A DNA stretch of 64,000 nt, from positions 63,346,012 to 63,410,011 of the forward strand of contig NC_057718.1 of the NCBI RefSeq assembly GCF_004010195.1, given 5' to 3'. Below, one piece after another: positions 1 to 13,204 of the stretch (position 1 is its first letter; every line of letters begins with the position of its first letter). The notes beneath the pieces are model-generated. The model did no database searches. It was not told the DNA's origin and saw only the letters and a program-made list of their open reading frames with translations. Source of the stretch: Chiloscyllium plagiosum (taxonomy: Eukaryota). A program made the translations under genes and the position numbers.

Positions 1-357
1 GGGATGGCTTGAATCCTGGTTTGGAAAATGGAAGGGGGGGTGGTGGTTTCTATCCTTACTTCCCTGATAGTAGTAGTTGGGGTATTGGTGGCCATTGGCT
101 GTTGTATCATACCCTGTATACGAGGGCTCACCCAAAGACTGATTGAAACAGCCTTGATGAAACAGATGCCCCTAAGAGGGAATCAGACAGAGGAACTTTA
201 TCGACTAAATGATGAGGAGATGAATGAAACCAAGATGGATGAAATCTCTGGAATGGTGCTTGCGAATTTCGGGGGCAATGTTAAAAAGAAAAAAATGCAG
301 AAGATAACAAATGGTAACAAAAGAAAAAGGGGAAATTGTGGGATATTGGTAAATTAA
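1..357 (+). mobile_element. env: Endogenous retrovirus env, C-terminal transmembrane/cytoplasmic part (frameshift in G7 run at 34-40)
   Basis: Frame 2 GWLESWFGKWKG joins frame 1 VVVSILTSLIVVVGVLVAIGCCIIPCIRGLTQRLIETAL, typical of fish gamma/epsilon-like ERV TM proteins. Confidence 0.8.
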
Positions 358-875
358 TGTTTCTTCTGCAGTTCTGCAATTATAATTTCTGATACAAAGT
401 AAATGAACTCACATCAGTGTGTGGTTGTTTTGGCCGAGAGCTGAGTCAACAAGAATGGAAACTATGTGGAGGAAATATATAATTGTATACCAGCATGAAA
501 CGTGATTGCAAAACAATGGTAGAAATACAGGCACTAGATAAAATGCTTGAAGAGAGGCCTGTATAAACAGTAGGTTTCCCACGTACAGAGACACAGGAAC
601 AAACCCCAATTAAAAGGGCTTAATGATAAGATGCTGTGAGGGGCAGTGCAGATGGAGGGAGTAGATAATGGTAAGCAAAGGAGGGGATGACGTCAAACAA
701 CCTTATGGGAGCCAGAGATAGACATTTGTCACTGACAAGGCCGGATAAACAGAAGTTGTGGGATCATTCTTAAGGAAATGAATGACGTAATGCAAGTGTA
801 AAATAAATGACACTACTGATTCAGATTTTTGTCTCGGACTGAAATTATTGAAGTGTGTGAGCTTTGTTTCTCACA
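319..875 (+). mobile_element. ERV polypurine tract (319-335) and 3' LTR (about 337-875)
   Basis: AAAAGAAAAAGGGGAAA then TGTGGGA...TCTCACA imperfect inverted termini; TGACGTCA at 688-695, TGACGTAA at 783-790, AATAAA at 802-807. Confidence 0.7.
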
Positions 876-994
876 CACAACTGACCAGCAGCTCTGAACA
901 GCTAGACTGTTTAAAACCAAAACAAACCAGAGAAAAGCTGAGCTAGGAGAAGTGCCACTCTCCTTTCATTATACAAGTGTTCTTTTTAAAACTT

Positions 995-1479
995 TTGTGA
1001 GAAGATTTGTAGCTCGGGTGCTCATTGTTGTGGTTCTGTTTGCCGAGCTGGGAATTTGTGTTGCAGACGTTTCGTCCCCTGTCTAGGTGACATCCTCAGT
1101 GCTTGGGAGCCTCCTGTTCCGGCGTTGATAGAATCTGTGGATGAGTGCCATGCCTCTAGGAATTCCCTGGCTGTTCTCTGTTTGGCTTGCCCTTTAATAG
1201 TAATTCGACTGGGACAACACTACTATCATAGGGCAAGCCAAACAGAGAACAGCCAGGGAATTCCTAGAGGCATGGCACTCATCCACAGATTCTATCAACA
1301 AACACATCGACCTGGACCCAATATACCGGCCACTACAGCGGACAGCTGGAACTGACAACCGGAAGCGGCAGGTACAAATCACTATAAATGCCGGAGGAAA
1401 CAACACAGAAGCGCTTCACAGGAGGCTCCCAAGCACTGAGGATGTCACTTAGACAGGGGACGAAATGTTTGCAACACAA
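995..1479. mobile_element. Penelope-like element (Poseidon-type), short inverted-arm insertion
   Basis: GIY-YIG C-terminus (FDWDNTTIIGQAKQRTAREFLEAWHS) on both strands, inverted terminal arms, 16-bp duplication at 979-994/1480-1495. Confidence 0.85.
1063..1102 (-). ncRNA. Minimal type I hammerhead ribozyme motif in PLE terminal repeat
   Basis: GCA CUGAGGA U GUCACCU-AGAC-AGGGGAC GAAA CGUC UGC; helix I GCA/UGC. Confidence 0.65.
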
Positions 1480-1844
1480 GTTCTTTTTAAAACTTAAAAA
1501 CTTCTTCAAGTAGATAAACACAGACAAAACGGAACCCCTATCTTTATGACCCTCTGAAAAAAAACATGGACAACCTAACCTTATTCAAGAAGCAGCATCG
1601 TCACAACCAGGGCAGGACTTAATCTCTTCTGATAGTTCTGCTATTTCTACCATGATGGAAAGGGTCTCTGCTCAGGTAAAAATTTAAGCCTAATTATTTC
1701 TGGACTTCAAAATTAGAAATTTAACAGAGATTGGATTTTCATTGCAGACACTGTTGAAAGAAAGTGGAGCCGAATTGAACCAAGTAAGAACATTTAATTT
1801 ACTATTACAGATCTGGAATCTTGATTTAATAAAACATCCAAACC

Positions 1845-2150
1845 GGGTACCTGGGTTCGATTCCAACATCGGGCGACTGTCTGTGCGCAGTTTGTACATT
1901 ATTCCCGTGTCTGCATGGGTTTCTTCCGGGCACTCAGGTTTCCTCCCTCAATCCAAAGATGTGCTTTTTAGGTGACTTTGCCATGCTAAATTGTCCATTG
2001 TGTTCAGGGATGTGTAGATTAGGTGCATTCGTCAGAGGTGAATGTAAAGTAATAGGGTAGGGGAATGGGTCTGGGTGGGTTACTCTTCGGAGGGTCCCTG
2101 TGGACTTGTTGGGTCAAATTGCCTGTTTTCACACTGTAGGGATTCTATGA
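1845..2150 (+). mobile_element. HE1/V-SINE (5' truncated)
   Basis: B-box GGTTCGATTCC, V-domain-like core, CR1-type tail. Confidence 0.85.
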
Positions 2151-2276
2151 AGTCTGGTATGTGGCGCTTTATTGTATTAAGTTTAGGCAGTAATCGAGTT
2201 TGAGTTAAAAAAATTACCTTCTTTAATGATCACCCATTTTAATTGATTACATCCATACAAACGTGTCCTTAAATAT

Positions 2277-4190
2277 CGAGAGTGTGATGCTGGACAAGCA
2301 CAGCAGGTTATGCAGCATCCAAGGATCAGGAGAACTGACATCTCGAGCATAAGTCCTTCATCAAGAATGAGGCTTGTGGGCTGGGGGCCCCGAGAGATAA
2401 ATGGGAGGGGAATGGGTTTGGGGGAGAAGGTAGCTGAGATTGCGATAGGTGGATGAAGGTGAGGGAAATAGTGATAGATCGAAGAGGAGGGTGGAGTGGA
2501 TGGATGGGAAAGGTAATGTGCAGGTCAGGAGGGCAGTACCGAGTTGGAGGCTTGGGACTAGGATAATGTGGGGGGAGGGCAAATGAGGAAACTGCTGCAA
2601 TCCACATTGATCCAGTGTGGTTGCAGCACCCCAAGGTGGAATATGAAAAGTTCGTCTTCCAGGTGGCGGGTGGTAAGGGTTTGGCAATGGAGGAGGCCCA
2701 GGACTTGGGTGTCCTTGACTGCGTGGGATGGGGCATTCTGCCACAGGGCAGTGGGATTGGTCGGTGCAGATGTCCCAGAGATGTTCTCTGAAACGATCTG
2801 CAAGGAGGCGTCCTATCTCTCGATGTAGCGGAGACCACATTGGGTGCAACGGATACAGTAGATGACATTGGTGGAGGTACAGGTAAATTTCTCTTGGATG
2901 TGGAAGGAATTTTTGGGGCCTTAGACGAAGGTGATGAGAGTGGTGTAGGTACAGTTTTTGCTCTTCCTGTGGTGGCAGGGGAATGTGCCAGGAGTGCGGT
3001 GTGGGCTGGTAGGAGGCATGGACCTGACGAGGGAGTTGCAGAGGGAAAGTTCTCTGTCCACTCAAGTGACTGTCTCCACCCCCACACCCAGCTCCAGCCC
3101 CACCCCAGGTCCTAGCTCACAGCCCTGCTGTGTTTACTATTCCCCTAGACCAATCCCTCACTGAGGACGAACATTTAGTCTTAAGCAAAGGCCTCACCTT
3201 TATCCCTTGTATGCTCCCAGATTTATGAGTTCAACACGCGTCACGACCTTGAACATTTCCTCCACCACCTCTGCCTCTGGACCCACTTTTTCTACCAAGA
3301 CTCCCGCCCGCTCACTGATGACCCCTTCTCACTTCTCCAATACATCCCATCCACTGGACACCCCATGCTGGCCTGTTACCCGCCCTTGACCTCTTCATTT
3401 CTAACTCCCACCGTGATATCGACCACTTCAACCTGTCCACCCCTCTCACCCACTCCAACCTCCCACCCTCACAATGCGCAGCCCTCCACTCCAACCCCAA
3501 GCTCACAGTCAAACCCACAGACAAGTGGGGTACAGTAGTAGTTTAGCGCACCAACCTCTACACTGCTGAAGCCAGGCGCCAACTCGCAGACACCTCCTCC
3601 TACTGCCCTCTCAACCATGACCTCACCTCCCATCAACAAACCATCATCTCCCAGACCATCCACAACCTCATCACCACTGGGGATCTCCCATCTCCCATCC
3701 CGCACCACCCGATTCTACCTCCTACCAAAGATTCACAAAACTGACTTCCCCAATTGACGCATTGTCTCAGCCTGCTCATGTTCCACTGAACTCATCCCTG
3801 CATACCTTGACACTGTCCTGTTCCCTCTTAGTCCAGGAACTCCCCACCTCCGTTCAGGACATCACCCTTGCCCTTAACCTCCTCCAAGATTTTCATTTTC
3901 CATGACCTGTCCATCATCTTTCCCATCTATCCGCTCCATCCTCCTCTCCGACCTATCACCTTCTCCCTCACCTTCATCTACCTATCACACTCTCAGCTAA
4001 CTTCACACCAATCCCACTCCACTCCCATTTATCTCTTAGCTCCCCGACCCACAAGCCTCATTCCTGATGAAGGGCTTATGCCCGAAACATCGGTTCCCCT
4101 GCACTTTGGATGCTGCCTGACCTGCTGTGCTTTTTCAGCGCCACACTCTCGACTCTGATCTCCAGCATCTGCAGTCCTCACTTTTTCTTA
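2277..4190. mobile_element. Penelope-like element (Neptune-type), rearranged: GIY-YIG plus terminal repeat on minus, RT fragment plus terminal repeat on plus
   Basis: LADRFREHL...QVLGLLHCQ...FIFHLGVLQPHWINVD (minus); FYLLPKIHK (plus, about 3712); 14-bp TSD GTGTCCTTAAATAT at 2263-2276/4191-4204. Confidence 0.85.
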
Positions 4191-4767
4191 GTGTCCTTAA
4201 ATATTACGAGTGGATCTCCTCTCGGATTAATGGATGTTCGGAATTTGATTTATTGAAATATCCTGATTATATATCATCTACTGTATTGTTAGAAGCACTT
4301 TTTTTCAAGGAAAGAGTTGATAAACAATAGGTAGATTGGATGCAAGAATTTGCTATTGGTTAAGGGCTGAACAGACCTGAGAATTAGAACTTGAACTGTA
4401 TGGTTAATCTGCCAATATGATTAAATTGAATGACAATTTATTGGCACTTGTATTTTTGGAAGTACAGTGTGATGTTTGTAAGTCCTCACAATTTGGCCCA
4501 ATTTTAATTGCAGAAATTATAAAAAGAAATAATTGAGACAAAGTTAGGAGCAAGTTCACCTTTTGCTCCAGGGTTTCTGGAGTGGCTGCAGGACGCTGCC
4601 ACCAAAGCCACCCCTGAAGCTGTCAAAGGAAGGATTTCCAGACCGTCCCACCACACTGCCACTGTCGCAGCAGGGCCTTACAATCACACTCTGATCAAGG
4701 TCAAGTTGTATTTTGAGGTAATGTTTTTCACGGTCCATTACACCTCCAATTTTGGGGTCATGCAAAC

Positions 4768-5119
4768 TTTTTTTTGTTTTTTTTCTTCCCCCACACTACT
4801 GCCTAACAACAGTCTGCAAACATTTTTTTCCTTCTTTTTCTCTTTTACAAAATGGAGAATCCTTCACCACTGATCCAGCTCCCTCAGAGCCAGCTCTCAG
4901 GAAGACTCCTGTCTTCATTTTTTTTCTGACACTCTTTTTTAAGTTTCCCCCACACAACCGCCTAACAGCGGTAGTGATTATTTTTTCTGCAAACATTTTT
5001 TTAATGGAGAGACCTTGCCACTGATCCAGCTCCCTCAGAGCCAGCTGTCGGAGTGTACAGAATCTTTGACACTCTTGTTTATCATTTTTTCCTTTTTTTC
5101 CTTCCCCCCACACTACCGC
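4768..5119 (+). repeat. About 160-bp diverged tandem unit, about 2.2 copies
   Basis: CCCCACACTACC/TGCCTAAC and CACTGATCCAGCTCCCTCAGAGCCAGCT recur. Confidence 0.65.
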
Positions 5120-6275
5120 ATGACAACTTCTGCACCGCACACCTGAACATCCTCCATCTGGTGCACTGTGTTGGGCCCAAGCACTACCGTTTTAAGGCAT
5201 CGAATGGCAGTGGCCACGAACTGGACGTCTACCACTGCCCCGCTTGGTATGTCCTGCGGCAGCGTCCAGCCCAGGTCCCCGCCATCCAGCACATCCCCAA
5301 CCCTGGTCACCCTCGTTGCCACAGCCCTCCCAACAGCTGCTCGAATCTGGGAGTATAGAGATGCAGATTCCTGACCAACAGCTCCCTTACAACAGCTGCT
5401 ACTCCTGCCGGAGGGTAGGCGCAATGCGATTGGACCATGTTCCAGACAGTGATCAGGTCCTGGTAAAAGACAGACAGCATTCTGAGGACCGACCTCCAAA
5501 CTGTCATAGTTGATGAACAGGAGCTGTGTGTCATAGTTGAGGTTACGCACCTGGCGGAAAAAACACGTCACCAGGGCACACCACCTAGGAAGAGGCTCAA
5601 TGTAAAGATATCGCTGCAAGGCCTGAAGGTGGAAAGTCATCACCTGGGTGCGAACACACACCAGCAACTGACTGCCCTCCTCAACAGGGAGACTCAGGAC
5701 CTGCGCAGTGACCCACTGCATCTTTTTGTCCCAGAAGAAGTGAACCAACATTCTCTGGATGTCAGCGACAAAACCAGGAGGAGGGATGAAAGGGACCAGC
5801 CGGTACCACAGCATGGCAGCCACCAGCTGGTTTATGACCAGCACTCGACTCCTGTAAGATAGCACTCGGAGCAGTCCTGTCCAGCGGCCTAGGCGAGCCG
5901 AGACTTTGGCCTCCAGCTCCTGCCAGTTTGCTGGCCAGGATTTCTCAGCTGCGAGAGGTAGACCCCCAGATAGAGGGAATGTGTGGTACTCCAGCTGAAC
6001 CCCCATAACTCCTCATGCAGGGAGTCCACCCGCCACGGATTGAACAGTAGTGCAGAACATTTGGAACAGTTGATCCTGGCGGAAAACGCTGCCGAGTACA
6101 CAGCCTGGCACTAGCGCATCCTCCCGAGGTCAGCTGGGTTAGTGAAAGTGAGGAGCACCTTGTCGGCGTATGCTGAGAGGACCAACCCTGTGCCCACACC
6201 ATGCATAACCAGCCTGGACAACCTCCTCCACAAGAGGCACAGAGAAACCTCCACGCACAGGGAATACAGCTGGCC
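5113..6275 (-). mobile_element. Tx1-like (L1 clade) non-LTR retrotransposon ORF2 fragment, decayed
   Basis: LSAYADKVLL (YADD-like), YLGVYLS, LSYRSRVLVINQLVAAMLWY, LSLPVEEGSQ motifs with frameshifts. Confidence 0.85.
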
Positions 6276-7254
6276 GGTCAACTTCCAGATACATCGCATC
6301 ATCCTCTGCCATTTCCACCACCTACAAACTATGCTCTGTGCAATAATCTCACATTGGTTGTTTATGTACACCTCCTGAGGTTCAATTTCTGAGTGCATCG
6401 ACTGTTTAGCTGAGGACAGACAGTACAGGCTCAATTTGGATTGGGGAAGTAGGGAGGGGAATGGAGTGCTGACAGCACCGAGAACTTTCCACCAATCTGG
6501 CATTCAGTGATCACTATTTCACTGAATGCAAGAAGGTTGGTTAAATAGTCCAATCCTGTCAACAAAATGCATCAGTCACTCGGTAATGGCATAGCACTGC
6601 CATGTAGAATTTATGCCTGTGCTCCTTTCACCACCTAGAAGCTGGGTTCTCTTAGCACCAGTTTACACCTCTCACTTCAGCGATCCTGACTGATTAAATT
6701 CCCCTCCTGGCTGTTTCTTGACTTTCGTACAGTTCCTCATTATAGCCAACCTTCAATTAAAACTTGGCTAATGGTAACAATTCCTGCATCATTACTGAAA
6801 ATATAACAGAAACCACTCCTGCACCGCATGTGAAAAGTGATTAGCTCTCCCTTGTATGACCTGAGCATGCACAACTTGAAAAGGCAATGCATGATTTAAA
6901 AAAAATAAATTTCAGGATTAAGATAATCAGATTTTGAGTTACGGTCCCAAAGAAATGAGGGGTGATTTGTTGCTGACAAGAAACTCGTTGCAGTTGGAGA
7001 TGCTAAGGGAGTATAATCATAGCCAAGTCATGCTTAAACAATGCACAAGTTTTCAACTTTACTGACATTTGAGACACATGAAGAGGCCAAATCAAAAAGG
7101 TTCACTCAAATCTCAAGATCTTTATGGCCAAATTAAAAAAAAGAATAGAATAACATTACGCTGACCAATAATCCTAAGCATTCCCGGTCACTCCCACCAT
7201 CCTAATCAGCTGAAGTTTGCAGCCTGAAATTTCACTCCTTGAATCAAACAACTG

Positions 7255-7490
7255 AGCAACTTTTTCACACAGAGTGTGTGAACTGGAATGAGCTGCCAGA
7301 GGAAGTGGTGGAGGCTGGTAACATTGCCACATTTAAGAGGCATTTGGATGGGCATATGAATAGGAAGGGTTTGGAGGGATATGGGGCAGGTGCTGGCAGG
7401 TGGAACTAGATTGGGTTGGGATATCTGGTCGGCATGGACGAGTTGGACTGAAGGGTCTGTTTCTGTGCTGTACATCTCTATGACTCTATG
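7255..7490 (+). mobile_element. CR1/HER1 LINE 3' end
   Basis: Typical CR1 3' sequence ending GCTGTACATCTCTATGACTCTATGA. Confidence 0.8.
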
Positions 7491-8275
7491 ACAAACAGAC
7501 CCCACCACCAGGGATATATTTCTCTTCCACCCCTATTTGTGTTCTGGACAGACCATTCTCTGTGCGACGCCCGCCCCCCTCCCCCCCCTCACTGTAAGGA
7601 GTGCAAAAGCTGCGCCACACCTCCCCCATTACCTCCGTTCAAGGCCCCAAAGGATTCTTTCACATCCGACAGAATTACCTGTCTTTCCACACGTCACCTA
7701 CTGTGTCCCTTGCTCCCAATGTGGTCTCCTTTACATTGGGGAGACAGAATGCCAACTTGCGGAACATTTCTGGGACACATGCACTAAACGACTCCACCGC
7801 CAGGCGACTGAACACATTAACTCCTGCTACCACTCCACCAAGGACATGCAAGTTCTAGGCCTCCTCCACTGCCAAATTGTAACCGTTCAACACCTGGAGG
7901 AAGAACACATCATCTTCTGCCTTCGGACCCTCTAACCATACGGTAACAATGTGGATTTCACCAGTTTCCTCATTTCTCCATCCCTAGCCTTATCCCAGAT
8001 CCAACCTTCCAACTTGGCACTGCCCTCCTGTCCATTTTCTTGCCCACCTATTTGCTCCACCCTCCTCTCCGACCTATCACCTTCACCCTCACCTTCATCT
8101 ACCTATTGCATTCCCAGCTACCATCTCCCAGCCACACCCCCCCTCCCATTTATCTCTCAGCTCCCTTGGGCCGCAAGCCTCATTCCTGATCAAGGGCTTA
8201 TTCTTGAACCGTTGATTCTCCTGCTCCTCGGATGCTGCCTGACCTACTGTACTTTTCCAGCACCATACTCTTCGA
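7491..8275 (+). mobile_element. Penelope-like element (Neptune-type) GIY-YIG region plus terminal repeat
   Basis: TYCVPCSQCGLLYIGETECQLAEHF...MQVLGLLHCQ...HIIFCLRTL; degenerate hammerhead near 8185. Confidence 0.85.
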
Positions 8276-8502
8276 ATGTTAATACAATATCAGACTTATT
8301 GAGGTGATCTCTCTCCGGGAAGGGCGGCTGTAGTCATAGCACTGACTTAAGAGATCGGGGTTCGAGTTCCACCTATCCCTGAACCGATATCTGATCAAGT
8401 TCATGTAAAAATATTTACTGATTATTGCCATTAAAAACTATTGGGAAAACATCATAATACGAATGTGTGAAGCTGTTTTATTTTTTTTTTCTTTTTCTTT
8501 AT

Positions 8503-9860
8503 TTTCCGCCAGGTGCGTAACCTCAACTACGACACGCAGCTCCTGTTCGTCGACCATGACGGTTTGGAGGTCACCCTCAGGACGCTACCTGTCTTTTACC
8601 AGGATCTGATCACTGTCTGGAACATGGTCGAATCGCGTCGCGCCTACCCTCCATCAGGAGTAGCGGCTGTCGTCAGGGAGCCATTGCTCAGGAATCCACA
8701 CCTCCGTACTTGGGGGTTCGAGTGGCTGTCAGAGGGGATGGCCGTGGCGGCGAGGGTGACTAGGGTCGGGGACGTGCTGGGTGCCGGGGGCCTGAGCTAG
8801 ACGCTGCTGCAGGACATAGCGAGCACGGCAGCGGCAGACGTCCTGTACGTGGCCACCGCCATCCGACGCCTTAAAATGGTGGTGCTCAGACCCGACGTAG
8901 TGCACCAGTTGGAGGATGCTCAGGTGTGTGGTGGAATCCCATCCGCGCTTACCCCAGCCTGGACGGAATTTCACATTGGCCCCAAGGTCCCGTACTTCCC
9001 GTGGGAACCTGTGCCCCACAACCTGAGCCGCCTCTGGAATTTTAGTTTTGTCCCTTTTAAGGACGTAAAAAGACGGGCCCTGTATCGACTGCTGCTGCAC
9101 ACCGTCCACCTATTCTCCCTCATCCACCGCCCAGACACGCCTTGGCGTGCCCATTTGCCACCGGACGGTGGAGATCCCCAGTGGAGAGCTCTCTGTGGAG
9201 GGGACCTCTTCCTTTCTCTCAGGGATCTGGGATGGAGGGTGCTGCACGCAGCGGTCCCCTGCAACTGCAGATTGCGGTGGTTCATGGACTCCCAGCCCAA
9301 CTGCTTGTTCTGTGGTGCTGTGGAGTCTGTGGACCATGTATATATTGGGGTATGGGCGTTTACACTCCCTTTTTGATTTTCTCAAAAACCTCCTCCTCTG
9401 ATTCTGGTTGCACTTCAGTCCCACGCTCCTGATCTTCGGGCACCCGGTACAGAGGAGGGAGGGCAGGTCTGAAGATCTCCTTGTGGGTCTGCTCCTGGGC
9501 CTGGCCAAACTGGCCATAAATAGGTCCAGGCAGCGGGCCATGGAGGGGGTTGTTAGAGCCGACTGCCTGCCTCTTTTCCGCGGTTACGTTAGAGCCCGGG
9601 TGTCTCCGGAGAAGGAGCACACGGTGTCCACAAACACCCTGGAGTTGTTCGGGGAGAGGTGGGCGCCGCGAGGAGTGGAGTGTATTATTTCCCCGTCCAG
9701 TTCTATTTTGATTTAACCCCTGTCCTCCCCTTCACTGTTTGATCACGCAGCATTGCCCTTTGATGTGAAGGTCACTGGCCACTAGGGCGTTTCCCTTCTT
9801 CCTGGTGGTGGAAACGGAATAAAGATTCGTGCACCTTGTGTCTTTCACTGTGTCTGGGCT
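8503..9860 (+). mobile_element. Tx1-like retrotransposon, ORF2 C-terminus and 3' UTR
   Basis: Homologous to 5113-5560 in opposite orientation; CLFCGAVESVDHVY zinc knuckle; AATAAA near 9818. Confidence 0.85.
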
Positions 9861-10264
9861 GGACGTCTGAGCTAGGAGGAAAGATTGGATAGACTGAGGT
9901 TCTTTTCTTTGGAGCAGCAAGGGTTAAGAAGGGACCTTAAGGATTATATATCTAGCAGAGGACTTTAGCAAGACCTTTGACAAGACAGGCTGATACATCT
10001 GCAGAAAGCACTTTTGTCTTACTAATTCATATTTTAAGTGAGGAGATCAATCTAAACCTCTGGATTTCATCACTTGATGCATTCTACCCTTTTTATATTT
10101 CATTATTTCTCCACAATTAATATTGTGTAGTTTTACATTCAAATCACAATCTACATTAAATGTAAACAAGGTTCATGCATTGCACAAACAATTATGCCGG
10201 TCAGTAACTATTTTCATTAACCTTTGAAGTCTTCCATAGCTTTTGTTCTTAATATTTAAAATAT

Positions 10265-10566
10265 GGGTAGCACGGTGGCTCAGTGCTGCCTAACAGCGCA
10301 AGAGACCCGGGTTCAATTCTTGCCTCTGTCTGTGTGGAGTTTGCACATTCTCCCTGTGTCTGGTGGGTTTCCTCCAGGTGCTCCGGTTTCCTCCCACAGT
10401 CCAAAAACGCGCAGGTTAGGTGAACTGGCCTTGCTAAATTGCCCGTAGAGTTAGGTGAAGGGGTAAATGTAGGGGAATTGGTCTGGGTGGGTTGCGCTTC
10501 GGCGGGTCAGTGTGGACTTGTTGGGCCGAAGGACCTGTTTCCACACTGTAAGTAATCTAATCTAAA
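10265..10566 (+). mobile_element. HE1/V-SINE
   Basis: tRNA-derived head, V-domain-like core, (TAATC)n tail. Confidence 0.9.
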
Positions 10567-12054
10567 AAAAACATTTCCACATATTGCCCAGTTTGAAATC
10601 ATGTGCTTGCAATTCAGACCTTCATATCTACAAATGTGACTTTATTGGTGGGTTCAGTTGGTGATTGGAAGAAAACCACAACTGCTGTGTCTGAAGATTA
10701 AGGGAAGGACAACACAAACTAAAAGTTGCCACCATCATCTGATGAGCATAACACAACTGAAAGATGCTTGCAAGGTCATAGAATATCTTGTAGAAGCGTT
10801 ACTCCTTGATTCATCCTTAAAACAGAACGACATACTAACTAGAGGATCAGCAGTTTGCAGCTAAAACAGTTTATAATGCTTAAAATAATTTAATTCACAA
10901 AATGCTTTAAATGATTTATTTAGATTAGATGCTAAATAAAGTCACCACCATCTTTCACAGTAATTATTAGTACTAAAATGGATCATCTGATTGTTTCCAA
11001 TCCTGCTAGAAACTATTTTAGACAAGGGTTTAAAGGAAGGATCACTTGAACCAAATTTTAATTCTGATTTCTCTCCATTGATACTGCCAGACCTGCTTAG
11101 CTTTTCCAGTAATTTCTACTTTTGTCTCTGATTTATAGCATCCTCGGTTGTTTCGGTTTTAATTAAATTTGATCATTGTACAGAACTAATTTTACGCTAA
11201 AAACATTAGGCAGGATTCAAAGATCATCTACAATTTATTGGAACAATAAGGTGTTGTTCATCTCTGTTTTTTGTTTCAGGTGGACAACTTAATTCCTCCA
11301 CTCCAACAACATGTACTTTGTCTGCCACTGGTTATTTGACTTGACCTCTCTCAATTGTTTCTTCAATTCCAGTAAGTTTTGGGCACTTACCATTGCTTTT
11401 CCTTTGTGCTCAAATCTCTTTACTGAGTACCTTATTTCATGCTTTTAGCTGCTGAGTCGGAGGGTTCCAAAATTTTCTTTCTACAACTGTTGCCCCTCTC
11501 CACTTATGACATTATTTTAAAAGTACTTTACCTATCCTAATGGTATCCCAAATTTGAAAAAACCAGAACAAAGTTAACTTCTCAAGTTGATTATCTCCCA
11601 TTGTCTTGTGCGGTGAGCAACAAATTTTGATAATGCTATTACTGCATCATGATGGTTTGTTTTATTGCATTAAAGACACTAATTAAATGCTGTTGCATTT
11701 TTTTCATTTACCACACACTTCTCCACTGGTTTGCATGTTTGTTCTTTTCTGTGGCTGGTGAGTGGAACTTTTGATTTTGGCCATTTAGAAAACAATTTGA
11801 AGGTCAAATTGGTGACAAAAACAGAGGGAAAACTCTGTTAAGAAAATCAGCAAAATTTTAGCAGGCATTGTAGTTATACATTTAAGAAAAAAAATAGCTA
11901 TCAAACATATTTCCTTTTCTGAATCCCGTCCTGCGTCAGGGGAAAATAAAATGTTGATTGCTCAATTCAGGTATTTAAAGGCAGAATTAAAATCAATTTT
12001 TTTACCCTAAGGTCAAAGCAAAAACTGAATGTCTACATAAGGCAGACATTTGTT

Positions 12055-12645
12055 TTTTATTTGTTCATGGAAAGGGAGTATCATCAATTAGTCATATTTT
12101 GTGTCCCCACCTGTTTGCTCAATAAAATGGTAGTGAGCTTCCTTAAAGTGCTGCAATCCTTCAGGTGTGTATATACACACTGCTTCCATGTGCATTGAAT
12201 GGTGAAGGTGGTGGATGGAGTGCTAAGAAAGTGGGCTACTTTGTCCTCTATAATGTTAAGTTCCTTTTATGTTGTTGGAACTACATTCATCCAGGCAAGT
12301 GGATAGTATTCCATTGCACTCCTGACTTGTGCCATGTAGATGGGAGACAGGAAGTTCGTTATTTTATACAGAAATCCTAGTTTCTGGCCTGCTCTAACAA
12401 TTGCAGTATTTTTTATGGCTAGAACAGTCAAATTTCTGGTCAATGGGACTCCAGGATATTGATAGTAAAAGATTCATTATCGGTAATGCCACTGAATATC
12501 AAGAAGAGATGTTTAGATATGCTAGTGTTGGAAATGGTCATTGCCTGTCACTTGTGTGGAGTGAAATGTAGCTTGCCACTTACCAGGCCAAGCCTAGACA
12601 TTTTCCAGGTTTTCCTGCATATGGACACAGGCTGCTTCAATGTAA
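12055..12645 (-). mobile_element. L2/Crack-type LINE 3' fragment
   Basis: Similar to the copies at 39230 and 41990 and to the reverse of 46200-47000. Confidence 0.6.
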
Positions 12646-12936
12646 GCAAAGTAACAATCAAATCTTGTTTGTAAATGTACTGAAGGTAACTATAATTATG
12701 ATATTCATTATAATGCATAACGATGTCCTCCAGTTGTCTTCCCAAAAAGTGGGGATTTTACAATGATTAACTTTGCAACAGTCTTCAAATTCAATATTCT
12801 TTCTGCTTAAAGTTCCAGTTATCCTTAACAAATGGTCAAAAATAATGCCATAATTTCAGAAAAAACTTAAAAATACCCCATGTAAATAATAATTAAACCT
12901 AATTTAGACAGGTAATTAGTCAACATTTTTAAGTTA

Positions 12937-12942
12937 TTTATT
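12937..12942 (-). terminator. Candidate SEC23B polyadenylation signal (AATAAA)
   Basis: AATAAA on the minus strand about 265 nt past the stop; other candidates at 11661, 11234 and 10915, so usage is unknown. Confidence 0.35.
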
Positions 12943-13204
12943 TCTAACTCTTGCATTTATATAAAAGATAGATGGAATGATATGTAGTAGACGACATAAT
13001 ATTACCAGAAAATAATAAAGTATTGCTCATAAGAATGCAGTGATTTTGAGAATGAGAGAGGAGAAATGATATAATAATCAAATACCATGCAAAACAAATA
13101 AGAAAGATGAATACAACTAAACCATTATAATCTAGAATAAACAATCTATGTAACATCCAGTATTTCCCAGTATTTTCCTTGTGCTCTTCTATAAACAAAT
13201 GGAT

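Noticed and set aside
876..1605. Possible Gypsy-like LTR remnant ending GCAGCATCGTCACA, host to the ERV and PLE
   Set aside because: Left terminus and TSD are not in the window, so it cannot be supported
2326..3115. Long Pro/Ser/His-rich ORFs (253 aa, 234 aa) and their antisense ORFs
   Set aside because: Off-frame readings of a decayed PLE; only patches match GIY-YIG
5113..8935. Inverted Tx1 pair as one rearranged element or large hairpin
   Set aside because: Copies are clearly diverged from each other and cover different extents; two independent insertions is simpler
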